Assembly (NCBI GenBank): GCA_964344235.1
Contig: CAYFMJ010000007.1
Location: 1 to 39,511 of the forward strand
Direction: 5' to 3'
From: an uncultured Methanosarcinales archaeon
GTDB taxonomy: Archaea; Nanobdellota; Nanobdellia; Woesearchaeales; GW2011-AR9
DNA: 39,511 nt
Part shown: piece by piece, positions 14,567 to 23,670 of the stretch
Numbering within the stretch: the first letter of the stretch is position 1
Layout of the letters: the number at the start of each line of letters is the position of its first letter
Program-made: the position numbers and the translations under genes
Notes under the pieces: generated by a model
Database searches by the model: none
Told to the model about the DNA's origin: nothing
Seen by the model: only the letters and a program-made list of their open reading frames with translations

Positions 14567-17086
14567 TTAACAGAAGTTTATATGAGAAGTATCTGCAAGG
14601 GCTGTTTGACTTGCACCGAGCGAGGTAAGGAATTCTGTGGGATCCATTATGTTCGGTGACTTTGTAGCAAGATAATTATCACGACAGTAATTTGAGACTG
14701 CTGGCACAGACTGTCCGCTAGGAGGATACCATCTCTCCGAATCGTCAACTTTTCCTTCATATAGTTCAAAGTGAAGCATACCGCAATAACTTGCAATCCC
14801 CAGTTCTTGACCTTTTGATATAGATTGGCCAATAGTAACGGCGGCCATTTTATTGGCATCTATCTCTCCATAGTTCACTGTTTTACCAAGAGAAGGATGA
14901 TAGACCACAATTTTCCCTGCTTCACCAGATGAAAGCCCCTCATTGGAAATACCCCACCCATCATCACACGTAAGGAAACTGGTAGAAGTAGCTACAACAG
15001 TTCCATCTGCGATGGCAATCACCTTGCCTGGTGCGTTGGTGTAAATATCAATACCCACGTGGCACCTTGCACCGCCACCCCTTCGATCCCCAAAATTCCA
15101 ACTGACATGGTCGAAACTATCTTGCTTCAGTGGGAAGCAGAGCCCTGTTGATGGAGTGAGCGTTGGCGTTGTGCCAGGGGTGCTTACAGTCGTAGTCGCA
15201 CCAGTTCCATACGCAGCATTCGCTTTCGGCACCCAACCAATTGTCGGTACAAAAACGTTACCAACACCTAAGCCAACAAAAGGACTAATTTTATGCCATA
15301 CTTGATCAATATTACTACACCGTTCAGAGTTTTGACAATTCAGTGCTGCGTTATAGGTTATTTTTGTTGTGCCATAAGCTGGGGAGAAAGAAGCTGAAGA
15401 GGAAACAATCCCACTTGTCCCGAAGACCTCCGTTGCTATTTTTTGAGCAACTTTTCCTGCACCTTCTTTATTCCAGTGAAGTTGATCGTTTTCTATACAG
15501 AAACCACATCGCCCTGGCTGCGAAGGGTCTTCTAGGAGAGAATAGGTGTCAACAACATGGGTTAAAGGACTGTTAAGATTCGTTGAAATTAGATGATCAG
15601 TCCACTGCTTGGCACAGTAAGCTTGGCCATTGTCCCTTGGGTGAACCGCAATTACTGCGACTTTTTCAACTCCCGCATTGCGGGCTTCTGTAATCATCGT
15701 CTTAACTGAATTTTCATAGGATGAAGGCCAACAAGGAACGGAGCCACTTTGGTAAGAGATGCCATTCCCCGATGGAGAGATAATTAGAGCATCAAGCTCA
15801 GTTAGGTCGAATTTTGGGAAATCATTGTTTTTTAGATAGGTTGGCCCTTTGGCTCCAGTGGCATGAACGATTATTTCCGAACTAGGACATAATTGCTTTA
15901 GTTTAGTAGTCATCCTATCTGCTTCGTTTGGTAAAACGGTGCCAACAATGTTAGAAGCCCCAATGATTCCTATTTTTGCTGGGCAAGAACCAGAAGTAGC
16001 ACTAGCGCTACCAGGAGTTGCTGTTGAAGAAGGTAAAGAAGCTGGTGAAGCAGATGCAGCACCAACTGACAAAGGACCAACTATCGACGTACATTGAGCA
16101 TTTACTCCTTTGTGTTTTCCAGTTGTTCTCTCTGACAGAACTGTAGTGGGGAAGTTTGCGTTGTCAAATATTTCAAAAGCTCCATTGTTGTACACATAGA
16201 ACTCAGTCTCAAGTGAAAGAACCCCCGGGGTTGAGCTGTCTGTGACGGTGATTAGAGCGAAAGCTTGGCCATGGAAATCTTCATCGAGGCCTTTTGTATA
16301 CCCAAGAAGTCTCTTCCCTAAAGTCCCCGTGTTAACGAAGCGTACATTGTTACAGAGACCATCATAGTACGCATGGTTATGACCAGAGAATAAAGCAGCG
16401 ATGTTTTTTGTTTGTAATGAGAGGAATAAACTATCAACAAGGTTTTCTGGTCCCTCTACTGCAAAATTACAACTCCCATCATCAACAAAGCAGGAAGTGG
16501 CCAGCAAATTAACATGACGGAACACTAAATCGTTCGGTTGCACATTCGCTTGTACCCAATCAATCTCTTCCTGCTTCACTCCATTAATTCCGTACCAATC
16601 AATGATTGAGAAACCGGCGCCTTTGTGATTAAATTTATAACTGTAAGGGAAGCCTGGAAACGCACCGTTTTGATAGACTTGATCGGCGTTAGAAGACCAA
16701 AATAATTCCCATTCTTGCCGTGAACCAGGCGCGTTCAATAAGTCGTGGTTCCCTCCAACCGGGACGAAAGGAACGGTTAATTCGTCGAGGATTTTATTTT
16801 TGAATTCTGCAAGTTGAGCTTCATTATTCTTTGCATCGGTACATTGATCATCACCACCTGCAATCAGGTCCCCCACACCGACAACAAAGTCAGGGTTTAA
16901 GTCATTAATGATTGGAATTGCGTCATCAACCCAGTGACCTTGTTGAATGTTACATTTGTTAACATCGTGTGTATCTGAGATGACAACAAACGAAAAAGGG
17001 TCAACTGCTAATGCTGAGAACGATAGAAAAGCTGTTACGGCTAACAGTAGTACAACGAATTGTATTCTTCTATCCCTCATATTCAA
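14567..17086 (-). CDS. Secreted tri-domain enzyme: calcineurin-like phosphoesterase + SGNH hydrolase + M23 peptidase
   Basis: Signal peptide; DTH/GDL/GNHD/GHNH; GASN...GNG...DQLH; HVGID...MLHFELY. Domains are separated by Ser/Thr/Pro linkers. The start could be the next Met (17080). Confidence 0.85.
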   Translation of the reverse strand: MNMRDRRIQFVVLLLAVTAFLSFSALAVDPFSFVVISDTHDVNKCNIQQGHWVDDAIPIINDLNPDFVVGVGDLIAGGDDQCTDAKNNEAQLAEFKNKILDELTVPFVPVGGNHDLLNAPGSRQEWELFWSSNADQVYQNGAFPGFPYSYKFNHKGAGFSIIDWYGINGVKQEEIDWVQANVQPNDLVFRHVNLLATSCFVDDGSCNFAVEGPENLVDSLFLSLQTKNIAALFSGHNHAYYDGLCNNVRFVNTGTLGKRLLGYTKGLDEDFHGQAFALITVTDSSTPGVLSLETEFYVYNNGAFEIFDNANFPTTVLSERTTGKHKGVNAQCTSIVGPLSVGAASASPASLPSSTATPGSASATSGSCPAKIGIIGASNIVGTVLPNEADRMTTKLKQLCPSSEIIVHATGAKGPTYLKNNDFPKFDLTELDALIISPSGNGISYQSGSVPCWPSSYENSVKTMITEARNAGVEKVAVIAVHPRDNGQAYCAKQWTDHLISTNLNSPLTHVVDTYSLLEDPSQPGRCGFCIENDQLHWNKEGAGKVAQKIATEVFGTSGIVSSSASFSPAYGTTKITYNAALNCQNSERCSNIDQVWHKISPFVGLGVGNVFVPTIGWVPKANAAYGTGATTTVSTPGTTPTLTPSTGLCFPLKQDSFDHVSWNFGDRRGGGARCHVGIDIYTNAPGKVIAIADGTVVATSTSFLTCDDGWGISNEGLSSGEAGKIVVYHPSLGKTVNYGEIDANKMAAVTIGQSISKGQELGIASYCGMLHFELYEGKVDDSERWYPPSGQSVPAVSNYCRDNYLATKSPNIMDPTEFLTSLGASQTALADTSHINFC

Positions 17087-17645
17087 AGACCTCTGCTTCT
17101 GTTATTAAAAACGTTTGCGAAAGTGTTGTTTGTTTATTCAATAATGGGTTTTCTAATACTAGATCGAGCGTGTACTCTCCCGTCAGAGAACCAGGATTGA
17201 TCGTAAAGAAGTCTTTAACGGTGATGAGCTCTTTGGTTTCTTTACTTGATAGATCAAAATTAAAGTTATCTTTTTGGTTTACATCTAAGATCGTGTTTCC
17301 TGAAGGGTCTTTTATCCGATAATTCTCCACAATAATAACTTGCCCTTGGTATGTGCTTGTTTCCACTACAAATAGAAAGTGAACTTCTTGTCCCATAGCA
17401 AATTGGTTTGTTGGTGTGAGGCAGTTATAGAAGTTATCGATAAATGTACAAAAATCAAATTCTTTAATTGCTAGAGAGCCAGCTCGGCCGGAAGGGATGA
17501 ATTCTGCATTTAAGACAGATTGTTGTGGTGCGTCTGCTTTCACGCTAATAACACCGGTTGTGATTAGGACAAGAATTGTTGCTGAGGTAAAGACTACCAA
17601 AATGAGGAGTGCGAGTATTTCCATTGCTATTTTTCCTGATTTCAT
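17070..17645 (-). CDS. Pilin-like N-terminus plus Ig-like domain protein
   Basis: MKSG|KIAMEILALLIL with Glu at +5, then a beta-rich domain. Overlaps both neighbours. Confidence 0.7.
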   Translation of the reverse strand: MKSGKIAMEILALLILVVFTSATILVLITTGVISVKADAPQQSVLNAEFIPSGRAGSLAIKEFDFCTFIDNFYNCLTPTNQFAMGQEVHFLFVVETSTYQGQVIIVENYRIKDPSGNTILDVNQKDNFNFDLSSKETKELITVKDFFTINPGSLTGEYTLDLVLENPLLNKQTTLSQTFLITEAEVFEYEG

Positions 17646-20600
17646 TTGTTATGGTGTTGTAAGCATGTGTTGAAGACTTTCTGAAGGTCCGGAAGTTTGT
17701 GGCCACCTTGCCCATAATAGCTTGTTCCCGTTGGGCTGTAAGGGATAGAGGCCCATTCTTTTGCAAGTTTATCCCACATTGGAACGAAATTACCAGTACT
17801 TGCTGCAGTTTCAATATCAGCAAGTGAGACGCCACGTAATTCCACTTTCTTAAGTGCTGCTCTATCTTGTTCTGAGGGAATAAAGCCAGCTGAGAATTGA
17901 CCATGATTATTTTTCAAACCTTCATATGTGCTACCTAAGAATTGGTATCTTCCCGCAGCGGTAGAACATCCATCTGGACAAGGTTCTTTCCTATTAAAGT
18001 GAATAAGGATTTTCGGATGCTGTTCAAATCCAGTGAAATAATTCTTCCCACTTTCTACTTTCAATTTATTAAGATCATCTCGAATAAGGGAACCATCGAC
18101 AACTCGGTCATACCTATTGCTAGCTCCTTCCGCCCAGGCAATCGTGTCGAGTAACGCTCTCTGTGCGGCAGTAGTTCCGCCACTTGCAACACAATGAACT
18201 GTTTTCGAACCTTTTGAAACGTCAACGTTATAGGATCCCGGTGCCACTTGAGTTACGGTCGTAGGGATGCTAGGGGTACCTGGAGTCACTTGCTGTGTTG
18301 TAGCTGCGATATTTGTCACTGCATATATGCCGCCACATTCACTAGCGTGAGAACCACCTAAATTCTGATCAACGGCACAGAGGTAGGCTTTAATTTTTTG
18401 GAATTCTCCGGAGCTCGTTACAAATGGAGGATATGGTGCTAGGGTCTCTCCTAAGAAGTTCCTGTCAAAGAATAAATCTAGTAAACTTTTAATTTCACCA
18501 TCATCAACACCAGAATCTTGCATAATAAATGAAGCAATCCAATAATATAATGCAATCACATGATCGAGATCATTCTCTTTTAACTGCACGACTGCTTGCG
18601 CTTTTGATTGTACAAGATTATAATTTCCAGTGATGAAATCGTTATGAAGATCTTCCTTGGCAACTACTTCTGATACTTTCTCTGCCTGCACTCGGATTGG
18701 TTGTGTGTGAGTGTTCTTTCCTAGGTTGCTTTGCGCAACTGGAATAGAAGCGGTTGTACATAAACCAGCTTCATCTCCCTGGAGAAGTTGTGCCGTTAAT
18801 TGTATTGTGTTAAACTTCCCACCCGTTCCATGAGCCCCCTCTCCCGGTGGAATTGTTTGGAATTTACAGACGCCAGCGGACGAAGTTGCTGTGCTTTGTA
18901 AAAGTTTATTGAATACAAAACCGTCAATGGAGAATTTTGCGTTGTTAACTTGTTCTAGCGTTAATTCGCTCTCGCCGTTTAATGTTAGAATAACACCAAG
19001 AGTATCATAACCATTATTTTTATCAACAGTCACGCCGTTAGGGATTTCAACTTGATATTTGCCGTTCTCTTTGAAGGCATACTTGAATTGAAGTTGTTTT
19101 GGCTTTTCCGTACTGGAGGAAGGGCGTTTATCAACAAAGACGCTGCCTGCATTCCCACCGCAGCCGATGGAAGTTTCAGAATCTTGTAGTGTTACGATGT
19201 TCGCTAAACCACTCCCAGCCAACATTGTTTCTGTAACGGTAGCAAGAAGAACTCGTGGAGAGTATGGGCCGGAATGACCCTGCGGGAGAGGGATGGTCAT
19301 TTGAATTTGGTTTCTGTTATCTGTTAGCTTTAAACATGCAGGAGAACCGTCCATGAAGATATATGGTTTCACAACTATTTGGTCATTGAGTAGGAAGTTG
19401 TTTGGTCTTTCACAATCAACAAACTCGTCCGTTTCTTTGTTGTAACAGTGTAAGAATGGGTGCTCGAAATACGTTCCCCCAGCACCAACTAATGAAGCTA
19501 GCTGAGGACACGTTAACCTCCCTGAATTAGGATCTGGAGTACAACCTTCTTCTCCAGGAGTCATGATGTGAGTGATTGGAGTGTAAAAAACACCACCTGT
19601 TGCCGTTTGATATTCAGAATCGAAACATAAACTTGGATCTTCACCCTGCGCTAAGTAGAGTTCCATCACCATGTGATCATATCGGAAGTGGCTGCTGATT
19701 TTCTGGGGCGAAGGAATTGGCATATCCAACATTTGGTTTCGAGGAACACCCGTGAAGCTTGAACCGCCATCAACTTGTTTAACTCTCTCACCGGCAAAGG
19801 GTGTTTGAGCGTTGTTGATGTTCATACAATCGCAATTCTGTTGCGTACAGTCAATGTTAGGGTTACCCAGATCTTCTGGACCAACACATTTCAGATATGT
19901 TTTGTACCCTCGTAATTTACAACCAGGTAAGATGACTCCAGCAAGATTATAGTTGAATGTTGGAGTGCCAGCGATTGGGTTAAATGTTGTCATTTCTCTC
20001 TCTGCAAACATAAAGACATCTGTTCTTCCAGGAACAGAGTATGCTGTATCTAGGATAAAGTCAGTATCCATTGGGAAGTCATAGCCAAAGGCAGCTAAAC
20101 AAATAGATTCTGAGAAGCCCTGTGCTCCAGTGGCAAAGAATTGTTCTAAGTTAGCGTTGCCATAATCATCTTGGATCTCATTAATAGAAGTGTCCATTGC
20201 TTGGTCGATTGCTTTGAAACCAGCATCGAAGTATTCTCCAACTCCAACATCGTCATCGCCAGCATAGGCATCGGCATCTTTTAGGTTAAGAGGCGAACAG
20301 GAACTTGATAAGTAGGAAATCCCTTTGTAAATTAATCCACAGACATATTGCGTGAAAATTGTTTTACACATGCCGGCATCTTGGAAGCCAGTAAACTTCG
20401 CTTGCACAATACAGTTTCGTAACCCAATGAGGATGCTTTGCAGTAATTCTAAACGAGCATTAATTTGTGGGATACACATCGTTTGGAACGCACTGAGTGT
20501 TTGAGTGTGTGGATTTACTTCTGCAGTACTTGGTTTGTCCGGGTTAATATAATCAGGGATGTAGTTCAAACCAAATGCTCCTGAGAGATCGCGGCCTTGG

Positions 20601-23600
20601 TAATATCGCCAGTCTGGGTAATAGGTTCCCTGTTGCTTATTAGATTCTGAATAGATTCTTGCTTGTCGGTATTGCCATGGTTCGTCGTTACCATTGTCAT
20701 CTGTTTTCACTGCAGTTCGTACTTTTGGTCCTTCTGCTTTCTCTTCTTCTGGGTTTGGTCGCTGGCAGACACATTGATATTTGCTCCCATCATCACCAAT
20801 GAAACAATCTCGTGTGTGTCCTGCAGCAATCGTTTTGACACCGTCAACTCCCTGGTTGTTTTTGCCTTTCAAGATGACTTCATTCCCATCAGGAACTTCT
20901 TTGTAACACGCTCCGGAGCCACCTTCCATACTGTAGCCGTCGGTTGTTGCTTTATGGCCAGTTGTTCTCGCACATAAGGCGTTACAAGAAACATCGGGAG
21001 CGACACATAACTGACTTGAACCGGGTTCTTTTTCGTAGGCAAATTTTTTCACAGTGGAATATTCCCCAACTTCTCCGACCCTCTCAGGAACTGCTTTTAG
21101 TTTCCAAATGCCTTTAACTTCTGAATTTAATTCACCTTCCACCACATAATATTGATCAGTATACCCATCAGTAGGATCTTGATAACAGGTACGGACATTT
21201 TCGTTTGCATCAAAGTATTTTTTCAATGCAGGGTTTTTCTTTAATGGACAATTCTCTACTTTAATTAGCGGCGAACAACTTCCGGTAGCGGAACAGGATG
21301 CTTGCTCCGCAATAACAGTTTGTACTTCTTTCCAATCTTTATCCTCAGTCCATCTAGCAGGTACGGGACGACATAAGAAACGGTCACACGTCCATCGATA
21401 TAACTGGTCAATAGAAGATTCAAAGTCCCATGCTCCTGCGGAATCAGGACAGCGAGCATCAAAGGAATCTTTCTCAGGATCTAGTTTGTCTAATGTTTTC
21501 TTGGGGAAGGTCATATCTTTGATGCTATTGGCAAACTCTGGGTTTTGTCCGGCTAACTCTTCCCATTCTTCAATCGTGTCCTCGGAAAGAAGTGCTTGCC
21601 GCTCTGAAACGTCTTCAGGACAGGATTCAACATCTTCCTCCTGTTGTGACACTTTCGTTGTGATTGGTTCTAAATTTTCCATGAAGAATCGAAAGAAACG
21701 AGCAGCCATTTTGGTTAAGAACGAGCCCATACAACTTACACCAGTTACTAACATCACTGTTCTCATATACGGTTTAATTTCTTCAATGGCATTGATGGTG
21801 GCGTTGAGAGCGTCAACTCCTTCATTCGCTAGGAAATCTGGAACGAGTTCGGAACTTTCAATTGGAACGTCAACGAAATAGCCAAGATCGTAACACATCA
21901 CTTGTGTCTTTGTAGTACCCCACGCACCGTTAGTATCTTTTTCTTGATAATTGATTAAGATCTTAAGAGGCATCTTTAACTGCCGGTCTTGGAAGTCTTG
22001 CCAGAGATCTTCATCTCTCTCAACAAATTCATCAGCTCTTACAAGGTTTGAGGTGATGTAATATGATGTTTTTTCATCATTAATTGGCTGTGCATTTAGG
22101 GTAGGAGGAAGTAATTTACAGCCAGTAGCATAATCATCACTCTCTGTCTGTTGTTTTGTGCAAGCTTTCTGTACTCTTACTGTCGAGACACGGTAGCCCG
22201 ATTCAGGTTGTTTTGTGACTTGGTTGATGGTTTCCACAGCTGCACCACGATAGGAAAAGTTGAACACGGATTGTACTTGTTCTCTGCCTTCTTCCATGAG
22301 TTGTGGGTCTAGACGGAACGGTGCTTGGAATTCTATCAATGGATGGATGTCAAAGTCTTGATTTGCCGAGAAGCAGGTGTTAACGTTCACGGTCCGTTGC
22401 GCGTAGCCAGACTTCCCGGTAGCATCCTCTGCGATAATGTAGACGTGATACGATTTTGTTTGATCAGAGCTTAGTGAGGAAAGAGGTGAAATGAGGACTG
22501 ATTGTAAGCCAGACGGCACTTCACGTGGCGCAAGCTGTTCCAAACTGGAGAACGCAGGTGGGGGGAATGAAACATCGCTAAAGGTAAAGTTCCCTCCTTC
22601 ATCAGCAGTGGTTGAAGCAATAGCATATTGGAAATCTGCTTGATAATCATCAGCTCTTGGTTGGTACACAAAGAGGTAAAGAGTAGCTCCCGGTTCCGTC
22701 TCTCCAGTGATGTCCGTGTCAGCTCTGCCTTCATAGTATTCACTTCCTTTTGTCAATTCAAACTTCACTTGTGGCGGTTGTGTGTCGGAAAGTGTTGTCA
22801 GGGTTCTTAGGCTTTCCCAACCAACTGCATCAATAGCTTTAATTTCTATGATATTCGCCCCTTCTGTTAGTTGTACAGTATGTTCAAACGTGGTACCGTC
22901 TGTTTGTGCTTGAGATTTATTGTTAATGAGAATTTCAATGGAACTTTCCTCGGAGATGGTTCCAGAAAGAGTGATAGTTGTTTCTTCAATAAGATCTGGG
23001 AGGTTGTCAATGGTAATTGTAGGTTTGGTATTATCGGAGATTACCGTGAATTGTTTTTCGGCAGTGTTACCGGAAGGATCAACTGCTTGGACTGTGATGG
23101 TATTTGAGGTGTCTGCGATAATTTGGATTGTTGAAAATAAGAATGTGCCTGATTCGTCAACCGTTATGCCGGCAACAGGGTCGTTGTTGAGGATGACATT
23201 GACAAAAGCTCCAACTTCGGCGGAACCTTCAATCGAAAGAGTGTTCCCTTGTATTGTTGTAGGAAGTTCTACTGTTAGCTGGGGTGCTTCTGTATCGAGA
23301 GGGAGTGTTGAAAAGGAATAGAAGTTGCCGTTATCATCATCTGTTTGGCCATTGCTTTCAACAGAATAAGAGTAGGAAGTTTCTGGGTTAAGATTGTTGA
23401 GGGTAACTGAGTGTTCTGTTACGAGAGTTCCATGACCTTCTGTTTGGAAGTTAGATTCATCAGCACTATAGGAAACGAAACCATCAGCTGGTTCATCAGT
23501 TTCCCAGACAACTGTGGCAGAAGTGTCAGTAACATCAATAGTGTGAACATTAGAGATTTCTAACGCGCTTGCTACTGGAAGCATGATGAATAAAGCGAGG

Positions 23601-23644
23601 ACTAGTAAAACCGTTACTTGTTTGAGTTTTGTGTGTTGGTTCAT
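17642..23644 (-). CDS. Giant 2000-aa surface protein: FN3 + Ig-like repeats + Cys-rich core + C-terminal lambda-R-type lytic transglycosylase/lysozyme
   Basis: Signal peptide; SATVVWET...HSVTLNNLNPETSY (FN3); DTxxP Ig-like units; C-terminal RALLDTIAWAEG...STAAGRYQFL...QDRAAL...EWASIP...YYGQ, matching lambda R motifs. Confidence 0.88.
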   Translation of the reverse strand: MNQHTKLKQVTVLLVLALFIMLPVASALEISNVHTIDVTDTSATVVWETDEPADGFVSYSADESNFQTEGHGTLVTEHSVTLNNLNPETSYSYSVESNGQTDDDNGNFYSFSTLPLDTEAPQLTVELPTTIQGNTLSIEGSAEVGAFVNVILNNDPVAGITVDESGTFLFSTIQIIADTSNTITVQAVDPSGNTAEKQFTVISDNTKPTITIDNLPDLIEETTITLSGTISEESSIEILINNKSQAQTDGTTFEHTVQLTEGANIIEIKAIDAVGWESLRTLTTLSDTQPPQVKFELTKGSEYYEGRADTDITGETEPGATLYLFVYQPRADDYQADFQYAIASTTADEGGNFTFSDVSFPPPAFSSLEQLAPREVPSGLQSVLISPLSSLSSDQTKSYHVYIIAEDATGKSGYAQRTVNVNTCFSANQDFDIHPLIEFQAPFRLDPQLMEEGREQVQSVFNFSYRGAAVETINQVTKQPESGYRVSTVRVQKACTKQQTESDDYATGCKLLPPTLNAQPINDEKTSYYITSNLVRADEFVERDEDLWQDFQDRQLKMPLKILINYQEKDTNGAWGTTKTQVMCYDLGYFVDVPIESSELVPDFLANEGVDALNATINAIEEIKPYMRTVMLVTGVSCMGSFLTKMAARFFRFFMENLEPITTKVSQQEEDVESCPEDVSERQALLSEDTIEEWEELAGQNPEFANSIKDMTFPKKTLDKLDPEKDSFDARCPDSAGAWDFESSIDQLYRWTCDRFLCRPVPARWTEDKDWKEVQTVIAEQASCSATGSCSPLIKVENCPLKKNPALKKYFDANENVRTCYQDPTDGYTDQYYVVEGELNSEVKGIWKLKAVPERVGEVGEYSTVKKFAYEKEPGSSQLCVAPDVSCNALCARTTGHKATTDGYSMEGGSGACYKEVPDGNEVILKGKNNQGVDGVKTIAAGHTRDCFIGDDGSKYQCVCQRPNPEEEKAEGPKVRTAVKTDDNGNDEPWQYRQARIYSESNKQQGTYYPDWRYYQGRDLSGAFGLNYIPDYINPDKPSTAEVNPHTQTLSAFQTMCIPQINARLELLQSILIGLRNCIVQAKFTGFQDAGMCKTIFTQYVCGLIYKGISYLSSSCSPLNLKDADAYAGDDDVGVGEYFDAGFKAIDQAMDTSINEIQDDYGNANLEQFFATGAQGFSESICLAAFGYDFPMDTDFILDTAYSVPGRTDVFMFAEREMTTFNPIAGTPTFNYNLAGVILPGCKLRGYKTYLKCVGPEDLGNPNIDCTQQNCDCMNINNAQTPFAGERVKQVDGGSSFTGVPRNQMLDMPIPSPQKISSHFRYDHMVMELYLAQGEDPSLCFDSEYQTATGGVFYTPITHIMTPGEEGCTPDPNSGRLTCPQLASLVGAGGTYFEHPFLHCYNKETDEFVDCERPNNFLLNDQIVVKPYIFMDGSPACLKLTDNRNQIQMTIPLPQGHSGPYSPRVLLATVTETMLAGSGLANIVTLQDSETSIGCGGNAGSVFVDKRPSSSTEKPKQLQFKYAFKENGKYQVEIPNGVTVDKNNGYDTLGVILTLNGESELTLEQVNNAKFSIDGFVFNKLLQSTATSSAGVCKFQTIPPGEGAHGTGGKFNTIQLTAQLLQGDEAGLCTTASIPVAQSNLGKNTHTQPIRVQAEKVSEVVAKEDLHNDFITGNYNLVQSKAQAVVQLKENDLDHVIALYYWIASFIMQDSGVDDGEIKSLLDLFFDRNFLGETLAPYPPFVTSSGEFQKIKAYLCAVDQNLGGSHASECGGIYAVTNIAATTQQVTPGTPSIPTTVTQVAPGSYNVDVSKGSKTVHCVASGGTTAAQRALLDTIAWAEGASNRYDRVVDGSLIRDDLNKLKVESGKNYFTGFEQHPKILIHFNRKEPCPDGCSTAAGRYQFLGSTYEGLKNNHGQFSAGFIPSEQDRAALKKVELRGVSLADIETAASTGNFVPMWDKLAKEWASIPYSPTGTSYYGQGGHKLPDLQKVFNTCLQHHNK

Positions 23645-23670
23645 GGTTTATTTTTCGTTTGTTATGTATT

